From Candidatus Poribacteria bacterium (GTDB taxonomy: Bacteria; Poribacteria; WGA-4E; PCPOR2b), in NCBI GenBank assembly GCA_965116925.1, contig OZ220744.1, forward strand, positions 2,816,001-2,880,000: a DNA stretch of 64,000 bases. The letters run 5' to 3'. How positions within the stretch are numbered: position 1 is the first letter of the stretch; each line of letters starts with the position of its first letter. The translations under genes and the position numbers were made by a program. Positions 26,492 to 36,724 of this stretch are shown here, one piece after another. The notes under the pieces were generated by a model. It searched no databases. It saw nothing but the letters and a program-made list of their open reading frames with translations, and was not told where the DNA came from.

Positions 26492-27850
26492 TCAACGTTT
26501 TATGTCATATTGCCGCATTTTGCGATGTAAATTGGTGCGTTCAATGCCGAGCTGCCTAGCAGTTTCAGTGATATTCCAGTCGTTCGTCTCAAGACGATTT
26601 CGGATAAAATGATGCTCAAAGTTGTTTTTCGCCTCTCTGAGGGGTGTCTCTCTGCCGATCTGAGATGGGTCAGCCCGACGATTGAGTTCCACAGGTAAGT
26701 CGCCAGCCTCAATAGTTTCGTGAGGACACAAGATGGCCAGCCGTTCCATTATGTTGCGAAGTTCTCGGACATTGCCAGGCCAATGGTATCCGCTCAGAAC
26801 CTCCAGCGCGTTTTCGTGCATCGTCATGTTCGGTTTCCCATTTTCTCGGCAAAATCGAAACAAAAAATAATCAATAAGTAAAGGAACGTCTGTAACCCGC
26901 TCGCGCAAAGGTAAGATGTGGAGAGGTACAACATTTAATCGGTAGTAGAGATCTTCACGGAAATTGTCGCCCCGAATCTCTTCTTGTAAGTCTTTGTTCG
27001 TTGCAGAGATGACACGGACATCAACGCGAACGGTTTGCCCCCCGCCGACCCGTTCAAACTCCTGCTCCTCAAGGACACGAAGCACCTTTGCCTGCGTTGA
27101 TTGGCTCATGTCAGCAATTTCGTCAAGAAAAATTGTACCACCATTAGCCTGCTCGAATTTTCCAATGCGCCGACTTGATGCACCGGTAAATGCTCCACGT
27201 TCATGCCCGAAAAGCTCGGATTCAATAAGATCCTTGGGGATAGCGGCACAATTCACTTTGACAAAAGCGGCTTTATGGCGTGGACTGAGATCGTGAATGG
27301 CGTAGGCAACCAATTCTTTTCCGGTTCCACTTTCGCCGGTGATCAGGACACGCCCATTTGTCGGAGCAACCTGCCGAATTTTTGCCAAGATTTCTTGTAT
27401 TGGTCGGCTAGTGCCAATAATTGGACGTTCAAAATCGCCACTTTCCTCTGCTATCTGTGTGTGTCGGAGTTTAATTTTCCGGACAACTTCTTCCACTTTA
27501 CCCAGTATAATGTCCAGCGAAAGGGGTTTTCCCAAGAAGTCAAGTGCCCCCATGCTCCCAGCTTCCAATGCAAGTTCAAATGTACCGTGACCGGTGATCA
27601 TGATGACCTCTGCATCAGGGGATATCTGCTTAATCCGTCGTAGTGTCTCAAGGCCGTCAAAACCACCGGGCATCAAAATGTCCAGAAACACTAAGTCGAT
27701 CTGCTCACTTGCAACGCAACGAATCCCCGCCTCACCACTATAAGCAGTTACGACGTTGTATCCCTCGTCCTCTAAAATACCTTGTAGTGATTCGCAGATG
27801 CTAGCTTCGTCGTCTATGATTAATATGTTCGGTTTGAATTGTTGTTTCAC
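26492..27850 (-). CDS. Sigma54-dependent response regulator (NtrX/NtrC-like); start uncertain
   Basis: Receiver (IDDE, LDILMP, TGHG, KP), GESGTGKE, GAFTGA, Fis HTH. Confidence 0.93.
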   Translation of the reverse strand: MKQQFKPNILIIDDEASICESLQGILEDEGYNVVTAYSGEAGIRCVASEQIDLVFLDILMPGGFDGLETLRRIKQISPDAEVIMITGHGTFELALEAGSMGALDFLGKPLSLDIILGKVEEVVRKIKLRHTQIAEESGDFERPIIGTSRPIQEILAKIRQVAPTNGRVLITGESGTGKELVAYAIHDLSPRHKAAFVKVNCAAIPKDLIESELFGHERGAFTGASSRRIGKFEQANGGTIFLDEIADMSQSTQAKVLRVLEEQEFERVGGGQTVRVDVRVISATNKDLQEEIRGDNFREDLYYRLNVVPLHILPLRERVTDVPLLIDYFLFRFCRENGKPNMTMHENALEVLSGYHWPGNVRELRNIMERLAILCPHETIEAGDLPVELNRRADPSQIGRETPLREAKNNFEHHFIRNRLETNDWNITETARQLGIERTNLHRKMRQYDIKR

Positions 27851-28534
27851 GATATTAACCTGACACTCCTGTTTGTGAGAGGCAATCTCCTCTTGACACA
27901 AGAATTATTGAACGATATACTAAAAAACATAAATTTACAAAAATTAGGACAGATTTTATCGATTTACTTGGAAACCGAATTGTGATTGAACCCGTTGGTT
28001 TAGTCGAAAGGTATGCTGTCGCTGCATTGGTCGAAACGCGGGGATCCTCCTATCGATGTGTATGCTACTCCTGAACATCGTTGGCGGTCCGCTAACTTCC
28101 CGATTCTTTCCGCAGGAAAACGTTGAAGTGCTGCCACTGTTGCGACAAGAAAATTGTGTTCGTCGTAAAAGGTATGTTTGCTTCCTGTCTGGATTTTTGT
28201 ATTGGTCAAAAAATTATCGTTTTTATGTCACACTGTCCCTGTCATCGGTTAAACCTTTGAAAGTGTGGCACGTCTTTATGCTATCATAGCATAATTGGAC
28301 GTGTAGATCCAACAGAATTACAGCAAATATCCCCGCTGTTTCGGTCAGGGTGAGATGAGGGAATATCACCTCACCTTTATCACCAACCAATCCTCTTTTG
28401 TGCGCGATTAATCGTACAATAGAGGCACCCCGGTGACGTTTCAAACCATTTTCGGATATAGCATAGCCAAAAATGGCGAGCCTGTCAACGAAATGGTGAA
28501 ACGTTGATGTACTATCCGCGTTAGCTTTTTATCT

Positions 28535-29821
28535 ATGACGAGAATATACACGCATTCATTCATCTGTAGTTTAATCAGTTTCCTATTGCCCGTGTCTGTT
28601 TCATTCGCAGCTAGAACTTATGATGTGAGTTATTTCTGGGGGACCAAGCAGCAGACTGCTAAAGCGTATGCCAACAGGGTGAAGCAGGCCTTAGGTCCGA
28701 ATATCGCAAAGCAGATTAAGGTGGTAAAGAATCATAAAGGTCAATACGGTGTTATCTATGATCGGGATGGCAATTATGAGACGGCCCGTCGGGAGGCAAT
28801 GAGCCACGCGAAATTGCTTCGTCAAACAGGAGTAACAAAAGCCAGAGGGTATGATGCTGCCTTCCCAATTCCGGATCAGCATTACCCGTCTGCACCAAGT
28901 AATAAGCCGTCAAGCAAGCAAAAACCGAAACCGTCTCCACCAAGCAAGCAAAGACCTCAACCGCAGCGATTGGACCCCACTTTGGATTCCAACCTTGAAG
29001 CAAACATTGATCGATACATCAAGGGACTGCGGTTCAGGGGAGTACTAGCAAGCACAGACCGTACTAGCTTTGTTGTCTATGATGTGACTAAGCAGAAAAA
29101 AGTGGTTTCAATCAATGAAGATCAAACAATGATGGCTGCTTCGCTAATCAAGAATTTTATCATGCTTGCTTACTTTCACGAGGTGAAACACAAACGACTT
29201 GAGCATACCACTAAGAATCGCCAGCAGCTCCGTCAGATGATTCAAAGAAGCGCTAACACATCGACCAACTATTTCATCAGGTTGCTCGGTGGTCCGAGCG
29301 GCGTGGAACGGATCTTAAAATGGAACTATCCTTACTTCAATCAGACTCGCATTGTTGAATATATTCCCGCCAGCGGCAGAACTTACCAAAACACAACTTC
29401 GGCACGCGATTTGAATAAGTTCTACAACCAGTTGTGGCTCGGAAACCTGCCGTACTCAAACAAGATGAAATATTATTTCGGACTTCCGAACGGAGATCGG
29501 ATGCACGATAAAACCTGTATTCCGTCAAATGTCCGTGTGTACCATAAGACAGGGACAGTCTATGGTTTGGTCGGCGACAGCGGCATCTTGGCAATCATTG
29601 ATTCGCAGGGAAAACAGCGGGCTTACATCTTTACTGGTATGATCGAAGACCGGACCAAAACCAGCAATCGCAACCGCTCCGAAGCTTTTTGGTCATGGGT
29701 GCTCCGCCGATCCAATACATTACGGCGCGTATCGGAAGCCGTTTATGAGTATATTTACGAAGTCCATTATGGTGGACAGTTTGAGTGTCGTGCCCATGCA
29801 GGTCAGCACCTGAAACGTTGA
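28535..29821 (+). CDS. Exported serine hydrolase, class A beta-lactamase-like/PBP fold, with an extra N-terminal domain
   Basis: Signal peptide, Pro/Lys linker, ASLIK (SxxK), SAN, HKTG. Confidence 0.85.
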   Translation: MTRIYTHSFICSLISFLLPVSVSFAARTYDVSYFWGTKQQTAKAYANRVKQALGPNIAKQIKVVKNHKGQYGVIYDRDGNYETARREAMSHAKLLRQTGVTKARGYDAAFPIPDQHYPSAPSNKPSSKQKPKPSPPSKQRPQPQRLDPTLDSNLEANIDRYIKGLRFRGVLASTDRTSFVVYDVTKQKKVVSINEDQTMMAASLIKNFIMLAYFHEVKHKRLEHTTKNRQQLRQMIQRSANTSTNYFIRLLGGPSGVERILKWNYPYFNQTRIVEYIPASGRTYQNTTSARDLNKFYNQLWLGNLPYSNKMKYYFGLPNGDRMHDKTCIPSNVRVYHKTGTVYGLVGDSGILAIIDSQGKQRAYIFTGMIEDRTKTSNRNRSEAFWSWVLRRSNTLRRVSEAVYEYIYEVHYGGQFECRAHAGQHLKR

Positions 29822-29862
29822 TGGTGAATACCTTTCCATGTTGACGGGCAATATTCCTACCC

Positions 29863-30627
29863 CTATGACCGTTTGAAAGCCTCCAAACCTGCGCGGGCTG
29901 CCTGTAAAAGCAGATAGTAATCCGGACCATAACCCAAAACAGTGAAGCCTTGTGCTTGTCGTCTCTGCAATCCCTCCGGCGTACTCTCTCCGAATCCGAT
30001 GGCAACATCGCCCTTGCGACCTACCTCCAAGGCACGTTCAATCACAGCGTCAGTCTCTGGATGTGGCATGTGCAGCGGATTCAATCCCATTGACAAGCAT
30101 AGATCCCACATACCGATATACAACACATCAACCCCGGGAACAGCCCCAATTGCCTCCAAGTTTTCCACAGCCTCTTTGGTCTCAATGAGTAAAAAGACAA
30201 GTATATTGTCATTCGCTCGGTTGAAATAATCCTCATTGTCAACCGTATATTGCGAGGCTCGCAACGGTCCCCAGCCGCGCCGACCTTGCGGCGGGTAGCG
30301 CGTGGCATCGACGATAGCCTGCGCTTCATCGGTTGTCTTTACCATCGGCACAAGAATCCCCATACCTCCTATGTCCAACGCCCTTTGGATAAAAACCGGA
30401 TTGGCAGAAGGAATCCGGACAATAGGGATGGTTTCGGTGCCGTTTATCGCCATGAGCATGTGCTCAATCTGTGCGGTATCCAGCGCGTTGTGTTCCGTTT
30501 CGATAACCAACCAATCATATCCAGCGTATGCCAAGAGTTCAGCAAGGTTTGGACTGCCCAACCCCATGAAACAACCGATGGTCGGTTGACCGGTGAGAAT
30601 CTTTTCTCGGACCCAATTCGTTCTCAT
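29863..30627 (-). CDS. HpcH/HpaI aldolase
   Basis: GYDWLVIETEH, ALDIGG.GILVPMV, RYPPQGRRG, IET. Confidence 0.92.
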   Translation of the reverse strand: MRTNWVREKILTGQPTIGCFMGLGSPNLAELLAYAGYDWLVIETEHNALDTAQIEHMLMAINGTETIPIVRIPSANPVFIQRALDIGGMGILVPMVKTTDEAQAIVDATRYPPQGRRGWGPLRASQYTVDNEDYFNRANDNILVFLLIETKEAVENLEAIGAVPGVDVLYIGMWDLCLSMGLNPLHMPHPETDAVIERALEVGRKGDVAIGFGESTPEGLQRRQAQGFTVLGYGPDYYLLLQAARAGLEAFKRS

Positions 30628-30689
30628 CTCAATAATTCTCCATCTTTTTTATTAACTCATGTTAACAAATTATGCAACACAAACCGATT

Positions 30690-30833
30690 TATAGTGGATC
30701 TTAGAATTAATGAGACACTCTCAACGCACAACTAACCCCCTAAATCCCCCTCCCCCTTGTCAGGGGGACTTGAGAAACTTCGCAAAGGGCGGAGTTGTTG
30801 GTAAATGTTTATTTATTTTTTGAATCCACTATA
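30690..30833. mobile_element. Correia-like MITE (reverse orientation)
   Basis: TATAGTGGATCTTAGAATTAATGAGACACTC...TTTATTTTTTGAATCCACTATA. Confidence 0.8.
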
Positions 30834-30907
30834 GTTCATTGGCTCATCTTTCACGTTTCACGCATCACGTTTCACGTTGCCGGGATTGAGCGGAACCGGT
30901 ACGTTTT

Positions 30908-31765
30908 TTAGATGTCCGGGTAATTCAACGGCATTCCCGTCTTTCCCAAGTCGTAGTGCGTGATGTGCCAACGTCCCAAGTTCGCGCTGAGAAAGAGATC
31001 GAGGTTCTCACCACAGAAGGCGATATTCGTCGGGGCAGCAATCGCTGTGCCTTCGTAATCTTCTGCTAGCACGTCGAGCTGTCCGCTCGGTGTCAGCCGG
31101 TAGATCCGATCGGGACGGTAGCAGGAGATGTACAGATTTCCTTCGGTGTCAAACGCCAATCCGTCTGGTACGGTCTCTGGTAGGTGAACTAACGTCTCAA
31201 CTGCTCCTGCACTCCCATCTGTCTTGATTTCAACGCGGTCAACACGCGGTGGATTGAGACTCATTGCAACATAAAGGTATCCGCCCTCAGCGTCCAATGC
31301 GACACCGTTAGGAAATTGCGCCAGACTGCGACACCAGACCTCGCCCTTCCCGCCCGGGGCAACCCGAAAGATGCAACCGTTATCCTCTTTCCAGCCGCCG
31401 GAGTGGGATACATACAGATTGCCGTAGCGATCGAATACGGGATAGTTAGCTCCCTCGAAGGATTGCTCATCCGTACCATCGCAGTAGACGCTCACCGTTC
31501 CATCTGGCTCAACCCGTTTAACGCCTCCGCTACAAACATAAAGGCGGTGCTTTGCATCTTGGGCGATACCTCCCACGAATCCGCCGGTATTGGCAAACTC
31601 CTCATATTCTTTCTGCTCAACGTTGATCCGGTATATCTGTCCCAGTTCGCCTCCGGCATACGCAAAGCCATCGCAGCCCCAGCTAATACATTCGGGGTGG
31701 TCCAATCCACCCGTAAAACCACCAATTAAAACAGAAACCTGTGTTTCCGTATCAAGCAGTGCCAT
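30908..31765 (-). CDS. SMP-30/gluconolactonase family beta-propeller
   Basis: PE, FPNGVAL, PDGLAFDTEGNLY, PTNIAF. Confidence 0.9.
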   Translation of the reverse strand: MALLDTETQVSVLIGGFTGGLDHPECISWGCDGFAYAGGELGQIYRINVEQKEYEEFANTGGFVGGIAQDAKHRLYVCSGGVKRVEPDGTVSVYCDGTDEQSFEGANYPVFDRYGNLYVSHSGGWKEDNGCIFRVAPGGKGEVWCRSLAQFPNGVALDAEGGYLYVAMSLNPPRVDRVEIKTDGSAGAVETLVHLPETVPDGLAFDTEGNLYISCYRPDRIYRLTPSGQLDVLAEDYEGTAIAAPTNIAFCGENLDLFLSANLGRWHITHYDLGKTGMPLNYPDI

Positions 31766-31907
31766 AGTGTATTACCTCCATTGATAAGATATTTTAACCT
31801 AAGTTTCGTTGACACTCGGCAGATTGAACTCATTTCCGTTCCGAGAACATTTTGGGCAGGCACAAAACCTGCACCTATATTCACGGCAACTCTTGTGGTT
31901 GTCCTGG

Positions 31908-32210
31908 TGTCTTTTGCTCCAGAGGAGCGATATGTCTATAGAAGGGTAACATGTTCAATCCCCGCGCTCCAGAGGAGCGCAATGTGTATAGCAATAGCCA
32001 ATCCCAGCACCCCAAAACCCTAGAGGAGCGACATATATGTAACCTAAGTTGCTAGTCGCTGAAAGTCCACCGTTTTTTGTCAGAGCAGAGCCTCCCCGAC
32101 TATCTAGTAGGTCCTTTGTCTTTCGCTCCAGAGGAGCGATATGTCTATAGAAGGATAACATGTTCAATCCCTGCGCTCCAGAGGAGCGCAATGTGTATAG
32201 CAATAGCCAA
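31908..32210. repeat. Two 94-bp direct repeats built from GCTCCAGAGGAGC palindromes
   Basis: 31908-32001 and 32117-32210 are near-identical. Confidence 0.9.
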
Positions 32211-32291
32211 GCACTGCCGATAAATTGAAGTCCTAAGAACGGATTGGCGAAGTCGGAGCCGAGCGGGTTTTATAACTAGCAACTTGCGTTA
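32040..32291. mobile_element. MITE-like element, TIR TAACCTAAGTTGCTAGT/ACTAGCAACTTGCGTTA, with TATG duplication
   Basis: 15/17 TIR match; TATG at 32036-32039 and 32292-32295; solo ends at about 2651 and 17808. Confidence 0.7.
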
Positions 32292-32554
32292 TATGCAGTT
32301 AAATTGTCGAGTATGGAAACCCAACACTTATAGGATATAATACCGAGTGGAATCCGTCTGACATTATATCGACATACACAGAAATGTCAACGAAAAACAG
32401 TGGGCAGCATAGATTCAGAAAGGTCGGAAAGGCGTCATCTTATCTGTATATTTCCACCAGATATACGCTTGACTTTACACAGAACAGATGGCAAAATAGA
32501 TATAGATAAGGTCTACTAAATCTATTTCTAATTCAATGAGAAAGGGAAACAACG

Positions 32555-33280
32555 ATGTCACGAAAGAAGATACTTATTACAGGCGCGGCGGGCAAAATCG
32601 GGCGGGTGTTACGTGATGGGCTCAAAGACGATTACGATTTGCGGCTCCTCTATCACAGGACAGTTCTGCCAGCAGCACCGGGGGAAGAGGTCCATATAGC
32701 AAGCGTCAAAGATCTTGACAAAATGGTAGAGGTAGTCGGCGGTGTGGATTCGGTCGTTCACATGGCAGGGGATCCCGAAGTTGGCGCATCGTTTCAATCG
32801 GTCTACGAGAACAACATCTTAGGCACCTACTGCATCTACGAAGCAGCCCGGCGAACCGGCGTGCCCCAAGTGATTTTTGCTAGCACCAACCACGTGACCG
32901 GATTCTATGAAATAGACGGTATCTATACAAAACCTGAAATGCCGGTGCGTCCCGATAGCCACTACGGTGCTAGCAAAGCCTACGGTGAAGCATTGGGCAG
33001 ATACTATGTCGATGAATTCGGGCTGCGCGTAATCTGCCTGCGGATTGGCACATTTCAACCGGTGGAGTCAGTGCAGAACCGGACAAGTGATCGCATCCTG
33101 TCCACTTGGCTAAGCCACCGAGATATGGTGCATATGACCAAACAGAGCATTGAGGCGGAGTCGGTGAAGTTCGGCATCTATTACGGCATCTCGAATAATA
33201 CACGCGCCTACTGGGATACCGAGAATGCCCGAAAAGAAATCGGCTACGACCCCGAAGACAACGCCGAAGATTATGCTTGA
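32555..33280 (+). CDS. NAD-dependent epimerase/dehydratase family protein (uronate dehydrogenase-like)
   Basis: TGAAGKIG, FASTNH, RPDS.YGASK, LRIG, TWLSHRD. Confidence 0.88.
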   Translation: MSRKKILITGAAGKIGRVLRDGLKDDYDLRLLYHRTVLPAAPGEEVHIASVKDLDKMVEVVGGVDSVVHMAGDPEVGASFQSVYENNILGTYCIYEAARRTGVPQVIFASTNHVTGFYEIDGIYTKPEMPVRPDSHYGASKAYGEALGRYYVDEFGLRVICLRIGTFQPVESVQNRTSDRILSTWLSHRDMVHMTKQSIEAESVKFGIYYGISNNTRAYWDTENARKEIGYDPEDNAEDYA

Positions 33281-34002
33281 GTGCCGTTCGCAGACAGAAT
33301 TGTCGCCATGACGCTTGGGGTATCGCTCAGATCGTCAAAGAGGGCATCCGGCTTATATGGTGCTAATTCTGCACGAGAATATGTGCCCGTAGCCACAGCG
33401 ATGGCATAGGCTCCGGCGTGACGAGCGCACTCAATATCACGGGGTGTATCCCCAATAATCACAATGTCTTTGTCGGTGAATCTTTCACCCGTTTGCTCAA
33501 AAGCGCGACACGCAGCGATGGCAGGCAGCGCATTGCGGGAACGTGCATCATCCCCAAATGCGCCGAATTGGAAAAAGGGGTTCAAATTAAAAACGTCCAA
33601 CTTCGCAGCTGCACCGCCCTTATTATTACCAGTCAAAAGGCCGGGCAAACACGCCTCGTGGTTTGTCACCGCTAAAATTAATTCCCGCACACCGTCCAAC
33701 AATCTGACATTCGCGCCTTCCGCTTTGCAGCCTTCTCTCAAGAGTTTAGCGATGCGGTCAAAAATATCCGGCAGCAGTTGTTGGACAGTGCTTTCGGGAA
33801 GCACCCCCTCCAAGATGTCATGGACAATCTGCGTGTCCATCCCTCCCGACATCCGTACCCGTCCAAGTTCAGGGGTTGGATTGTCACCGAACATCTGCTT
33901 TTCGTGGCAAACCTCCTCGATCGCTTGGTAGAGCGCCCTGCCTCCAATTCCACCTGTACTCAATATAGTGCCATCAATATCAAATAAAACCAGTTTCCTC
34001 AT
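33271..34002 (-). CDS. HAD family hydrolase
   Basis: FDIDGT, LTGN, IGDTPRD. Confidence 0.92.
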   Translation of the reverse strand: MRKLVLFDIDGTILSTGGIGGRALYQAIEEVCHEKQMFGDNPTPELGRVRMSGGMDTQIVHDILEGVLPESTVQQLLPDIFDRIAKLLREGCKAEGANVRLLDGVRELILAVTNHEACLPGLLTGNNKGGAAAKLDVFNLNPFFQFGAFGDDARSRNALPAIAACRAFEQTGERFTDKDIVIIGDTPRDIECARHAGAYAIAVATGTYSRAELAPYKPDALFDDLSDTPSVMATILSANGTQA

Positions 34003-34051
34003 CTATTATTGTTGTCCTCGGATCGTTTGATTATCTGTTACACATTTCAAA

Positions 34052-34756
34052 CTAAAATTTAGTATCATTCCCTTTATAAATCCGCTCACCACGCACCAGA
34101 ACCCGCTTCGGGTTATCAAGGGAAAGTTCATCACGGGTATGATAACCTAGCGTCATGCTCATGCGCGTTCCGTCTGTCCGGTTTTTGCCAGCGGAATGAA
34201 TTATCATGCTGTCAATGGCAAGCAGTTCACCGGCTTTCATGGGCACGGGGATGATTTGATTCAAAGCGACTTGATGCACGGAATCACTACCATTCAGATC
34301 CACGAAGTCCGGCAATATGTGTGACCCCGGCACCACATGGGTGCAGCCATTCTCTAAATTGGTATCTTCAAGGTAGACCAACACCGTTACAATAGTGCGC
34401 GACCAATGTCTCACATCACGGTGGAGTTCCAATGAAGCGGTTGAATCACGGTCACGCAGATAAACGTGGTTATGTCGATTGCACACGAATTCAATATTGG
34501 GACCCAATAGAGATTCCAACGGATTGAGAATTTCGTCGCACACGATTGTCTCCTGAAAGATGCCACCGCGTCCCCATAGATCGGAGATGCGAATCACCCG
34601 TCCGTCTTTATTACGCGCTACCGGCTCAACTTCCTCCTGAATGTCTTTTAATGCCATCACTTTTAGTTCGTCCACAAGACCATCGTTCAACCGTGTCGGT
34701 AGTTTGACGAAGCCGTTATGCCGAAAAAGTTGTACCTCTTGAGGTGTAAGTACCAT
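34052..34756 (-). CDS. PhyH family dioxygenase
   Basis: FRHNGFV, LHRD, ENGCT.VVPGSH, IHSAG.N...R. Confidence 0.9.
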   Translation of the reverse strand: MVLTPQEVQLFRHNGFVKLPTRLNDGLVDELKVMALKDIQEEVEPVARNKDGRVIRISDLWGRGGIFQETIVCDEILNPLESLLGPNIEFVCNRHNHVYLRDRDSTASLELHRDVRHWSRTIVTVLVYLEDTNLENGCTHVVPGSHILPDFVDLNGSDSVHQVALNQIIPVPMKAGELLAIDSMIIHSAGKNRTDGTRMSMTLGYHTRDELSLDNPKRVLVRGERIYKGNDTKF

Positions 34757-34810
34757 CCTAATTCTCCCTGTTTCTGCTTTGTGCTTGTTTCCGTACCTTA
34801 ATCCCATTAG

Positions 34811-36463
34811 TTACACAGGCTTAAAATCGCTGCCCGGCCCCGATGAACCTCGCTCACGGTTCGTCATAAACTCAAGCAATACCGGAAGCCCTTCCTCCTC
34901 AGTGACACGACGAGCACGCTGGAACGCCGGAACAATCTCTGCGGGATTTTCAATCCGTTCTCCATGGCCGCCCATCGCGCGGGCAAGGTCTGCGTAGTCG
35001 CTGCCGAGATTGCTAATCTGATACTCCGCTTCAGCAACACCCCGCGCTTCGCCTGCCATACCACCGTTGTTAAACAGCGTTACAATAATAGGAATCCTTT
35101 CCCGCACGGCGGTTTCAAAGTCCAACCCAACCATGCCAAACGCTGTATCACCCGTAACATAGGTACAAACTTTTTCCGGCTTCGCCAGTTTGGCACCGAT
35201 GATGAGTCCTAAGCCTGTGCCAAGTGCGTGGGATCTACCCCAACCGATAAAACTACGCGGTCCGGCAGACTGATAAAAGCTAATCATCCGTTCACGAGGG
35301 CTGCCCGCGTCATGGGTCACAATCGCATCTTCAGGGGGAATCGCCCGCATCAAGTCCCAGATTACACGAAAGGGGGTGATGGGGGTCTCATCGCTTGTAA
35401 GTTTGGGCATCCAGTCACGGAGCCACTCTGAATTGATGGAGGTGATTTGTGAAGCCACATCGTCCGTTGACCGAGCCTGATTTCCTGTAATATCTTTGCA
35501 CGCCTCTAACAGTTGGCAGAGGACTAGCTTGGCATCTCCGACGATGGGATAGTCCGCGTCAAGATCTTTCTGAAGGTCAACGGGATCGTTTGTGGCGTGA
35601 ATAATCGTTCTACCCTCCGGCACTCGCATCGCCATGACGTGGTCAGTAAAGCTGCAGCCAATCCCGCATATCAGATCCGATGCGTGCAGGAAATGGTGAA
35701 GTACCTTGGGCATTGAACCCGTTGCACACCCCAAAGCGAGCGGATGCGATTCAGGGAAAGCACTTTTTCCCATCAATGTCGTCAGCACGGGTACAGCCAA
35801 GTATTCGGAAAGTTTTCGCAGCTCTTCCGTCGCTTCCGCGTACAGGACTCCTTGCCCAGCGATAATGACAGGATTTTGGGCACTACATAGGGCTTTGGCA
35901 GCGGCTTCAATATCCCTCGGATCTCCTTGGGATTTGACAGGTTTCACATGAGAGGCGTCTCCATTGAAATCACCCACCTCTTGCATCGCCACATCCGCCG
36001 GTATTTCGACCATCACAGGTCCCGGTCTACCCTGACGCAACGCCGCCAGAGAACGACGCATTACACCGTGAACACGCTCCGTCGAGGTCACCACTTCGAC
36101 CCGCTTGGTAATAGCAGCGTAGCTAACCTCTGACCGAAACAGCGGCGACACCCCCTGCCGATCGACCGGATGTCCAAGCGGCAATAGAAGCATCGGAACC
36201 GAGTCAGAATAAGCGGTGGCTACGCCCGAAAAACTGTTTTCGGTCCCCGGACCGTATTGCATGGCGAAGACCCCGGGGGTGGCTCCATTTGTGACCCTTG
36301 AATACCCGTCTGCAATATGTACCCCGACCCGTTCCTGCCGGCAGATAATCGGACGGATGCCTGCCTGGGCTGCGGCTTCAATCATCGATGTCGTGGGAAA
36401 ACAACTCAAATACTCGATCCCTTGCGCTTTCAACGTTTTCGCAATCGCATCTATCGTTTTCAT
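34811..36463 (-). CDS. ThDP-dependent enzyme, acetolactate-synthase-like family
   Basis: RQER, QYGPG, GRPGPV.VEIP.D, GDTAFGM...N. Confidence 0.9.
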   Translation of the reverse strand: MKTIDAIAKTLKAQGIEYLSCFPTTSMIEAAAQAGIRPIICRQERVGVHIADGYSRVTNGATPGVFAMQYGPGTENSFSGVATAYSDSVPMLLLPLGHPVDRQGVSPLFRSEVSYAAITKRVEVVTSTERVHGVMRRSLAALRQGRPGPVMVEIPADVAMQEVGDFNGDASHVKPVKSQGDPRDIEAAAKALCSAQNPVIIAGQGVLYAEATEELRKLSEYLAVPVLTTLMGKSAFPESHPLALGCATGSMPKVLHHFLHASDLICGIGCSFTDHVMAMRVPEGRTIIHATNDPVDLQKDLDADYPIVGDAKLVLCQLLEACKDITGNQARSTDDVASQITSINSEWLRDWMPKLTSDETPITPFRVIWDLMRAIPPEDAIVTHDAGSPRERMISFYQSAGPRSFIGWGRSHALGTGLGLIIGAKLAKPEKVCTYVTGDTAFGMVGLDFETAVRERIPIIVTLFNNGGMAGEARGVAEAEYQISNLGSDYADLARAMGGHGERIENPAEIVPAFQRARRVTEEEGLPVLLEFMTNRERGSSGPGSDFKPV

Positions 36464-36500
36464 GCCAACCCCTTCCGTTAAACCAAACTGTTAATCCTTT

Positions 36501-36632
36501 CGCTCATGTTAAGATTTAGTGCAAAGAAACCGAATATTCGTAGGGGTTGGGTCCCCCAACCCTTACGGCGGGAGGGGAGACCCTGCCCCTACGATTTCGC
36601 TTCGTGTTTTGCACTTTCTTTTTACATGAGCC
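36501..36632. mobile_element. IS1595-like MITE with a perfect 8-bp target duplication AATCCTTT, carrying a REP doublet
   Basis: AATCCTTT at 36493-36500 and 36633-36640; termini CGCTCATGTTAAG...TTTACATGAGCC. Confidence 0.8.
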
Positions 36633-36724
36633 AATCCTTTATACGTGTACAAGCCCTGAACACGCCCGTCCTATCCTGACATAATTCTAGCACATCGTCA
36701 AGTAGAAAAGCGACCCATGCCGCA

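Noticed and set aside
28266..28281. TGGCACGTCTTTATGC as a sigma54 promoter
   Set aside because: GG to GC spacing is 11 rather than the required 10 nt.
28325..28440. TPP-riboswitch-like words on the minus strand (GGGGTGCC ... CCTGA ... CAGCG)
   Set aside because: The CUGAGA motif and P5 stem are missing and there is no thiamine-related downstream gene.
31908..32210. CRISPR-like look of spaced GCTCCAGAGGAGC palindromes
   Set aside because: Repeats are only 13 bp, the intervening sequences are themselves duplicated, and no cas genes are present.
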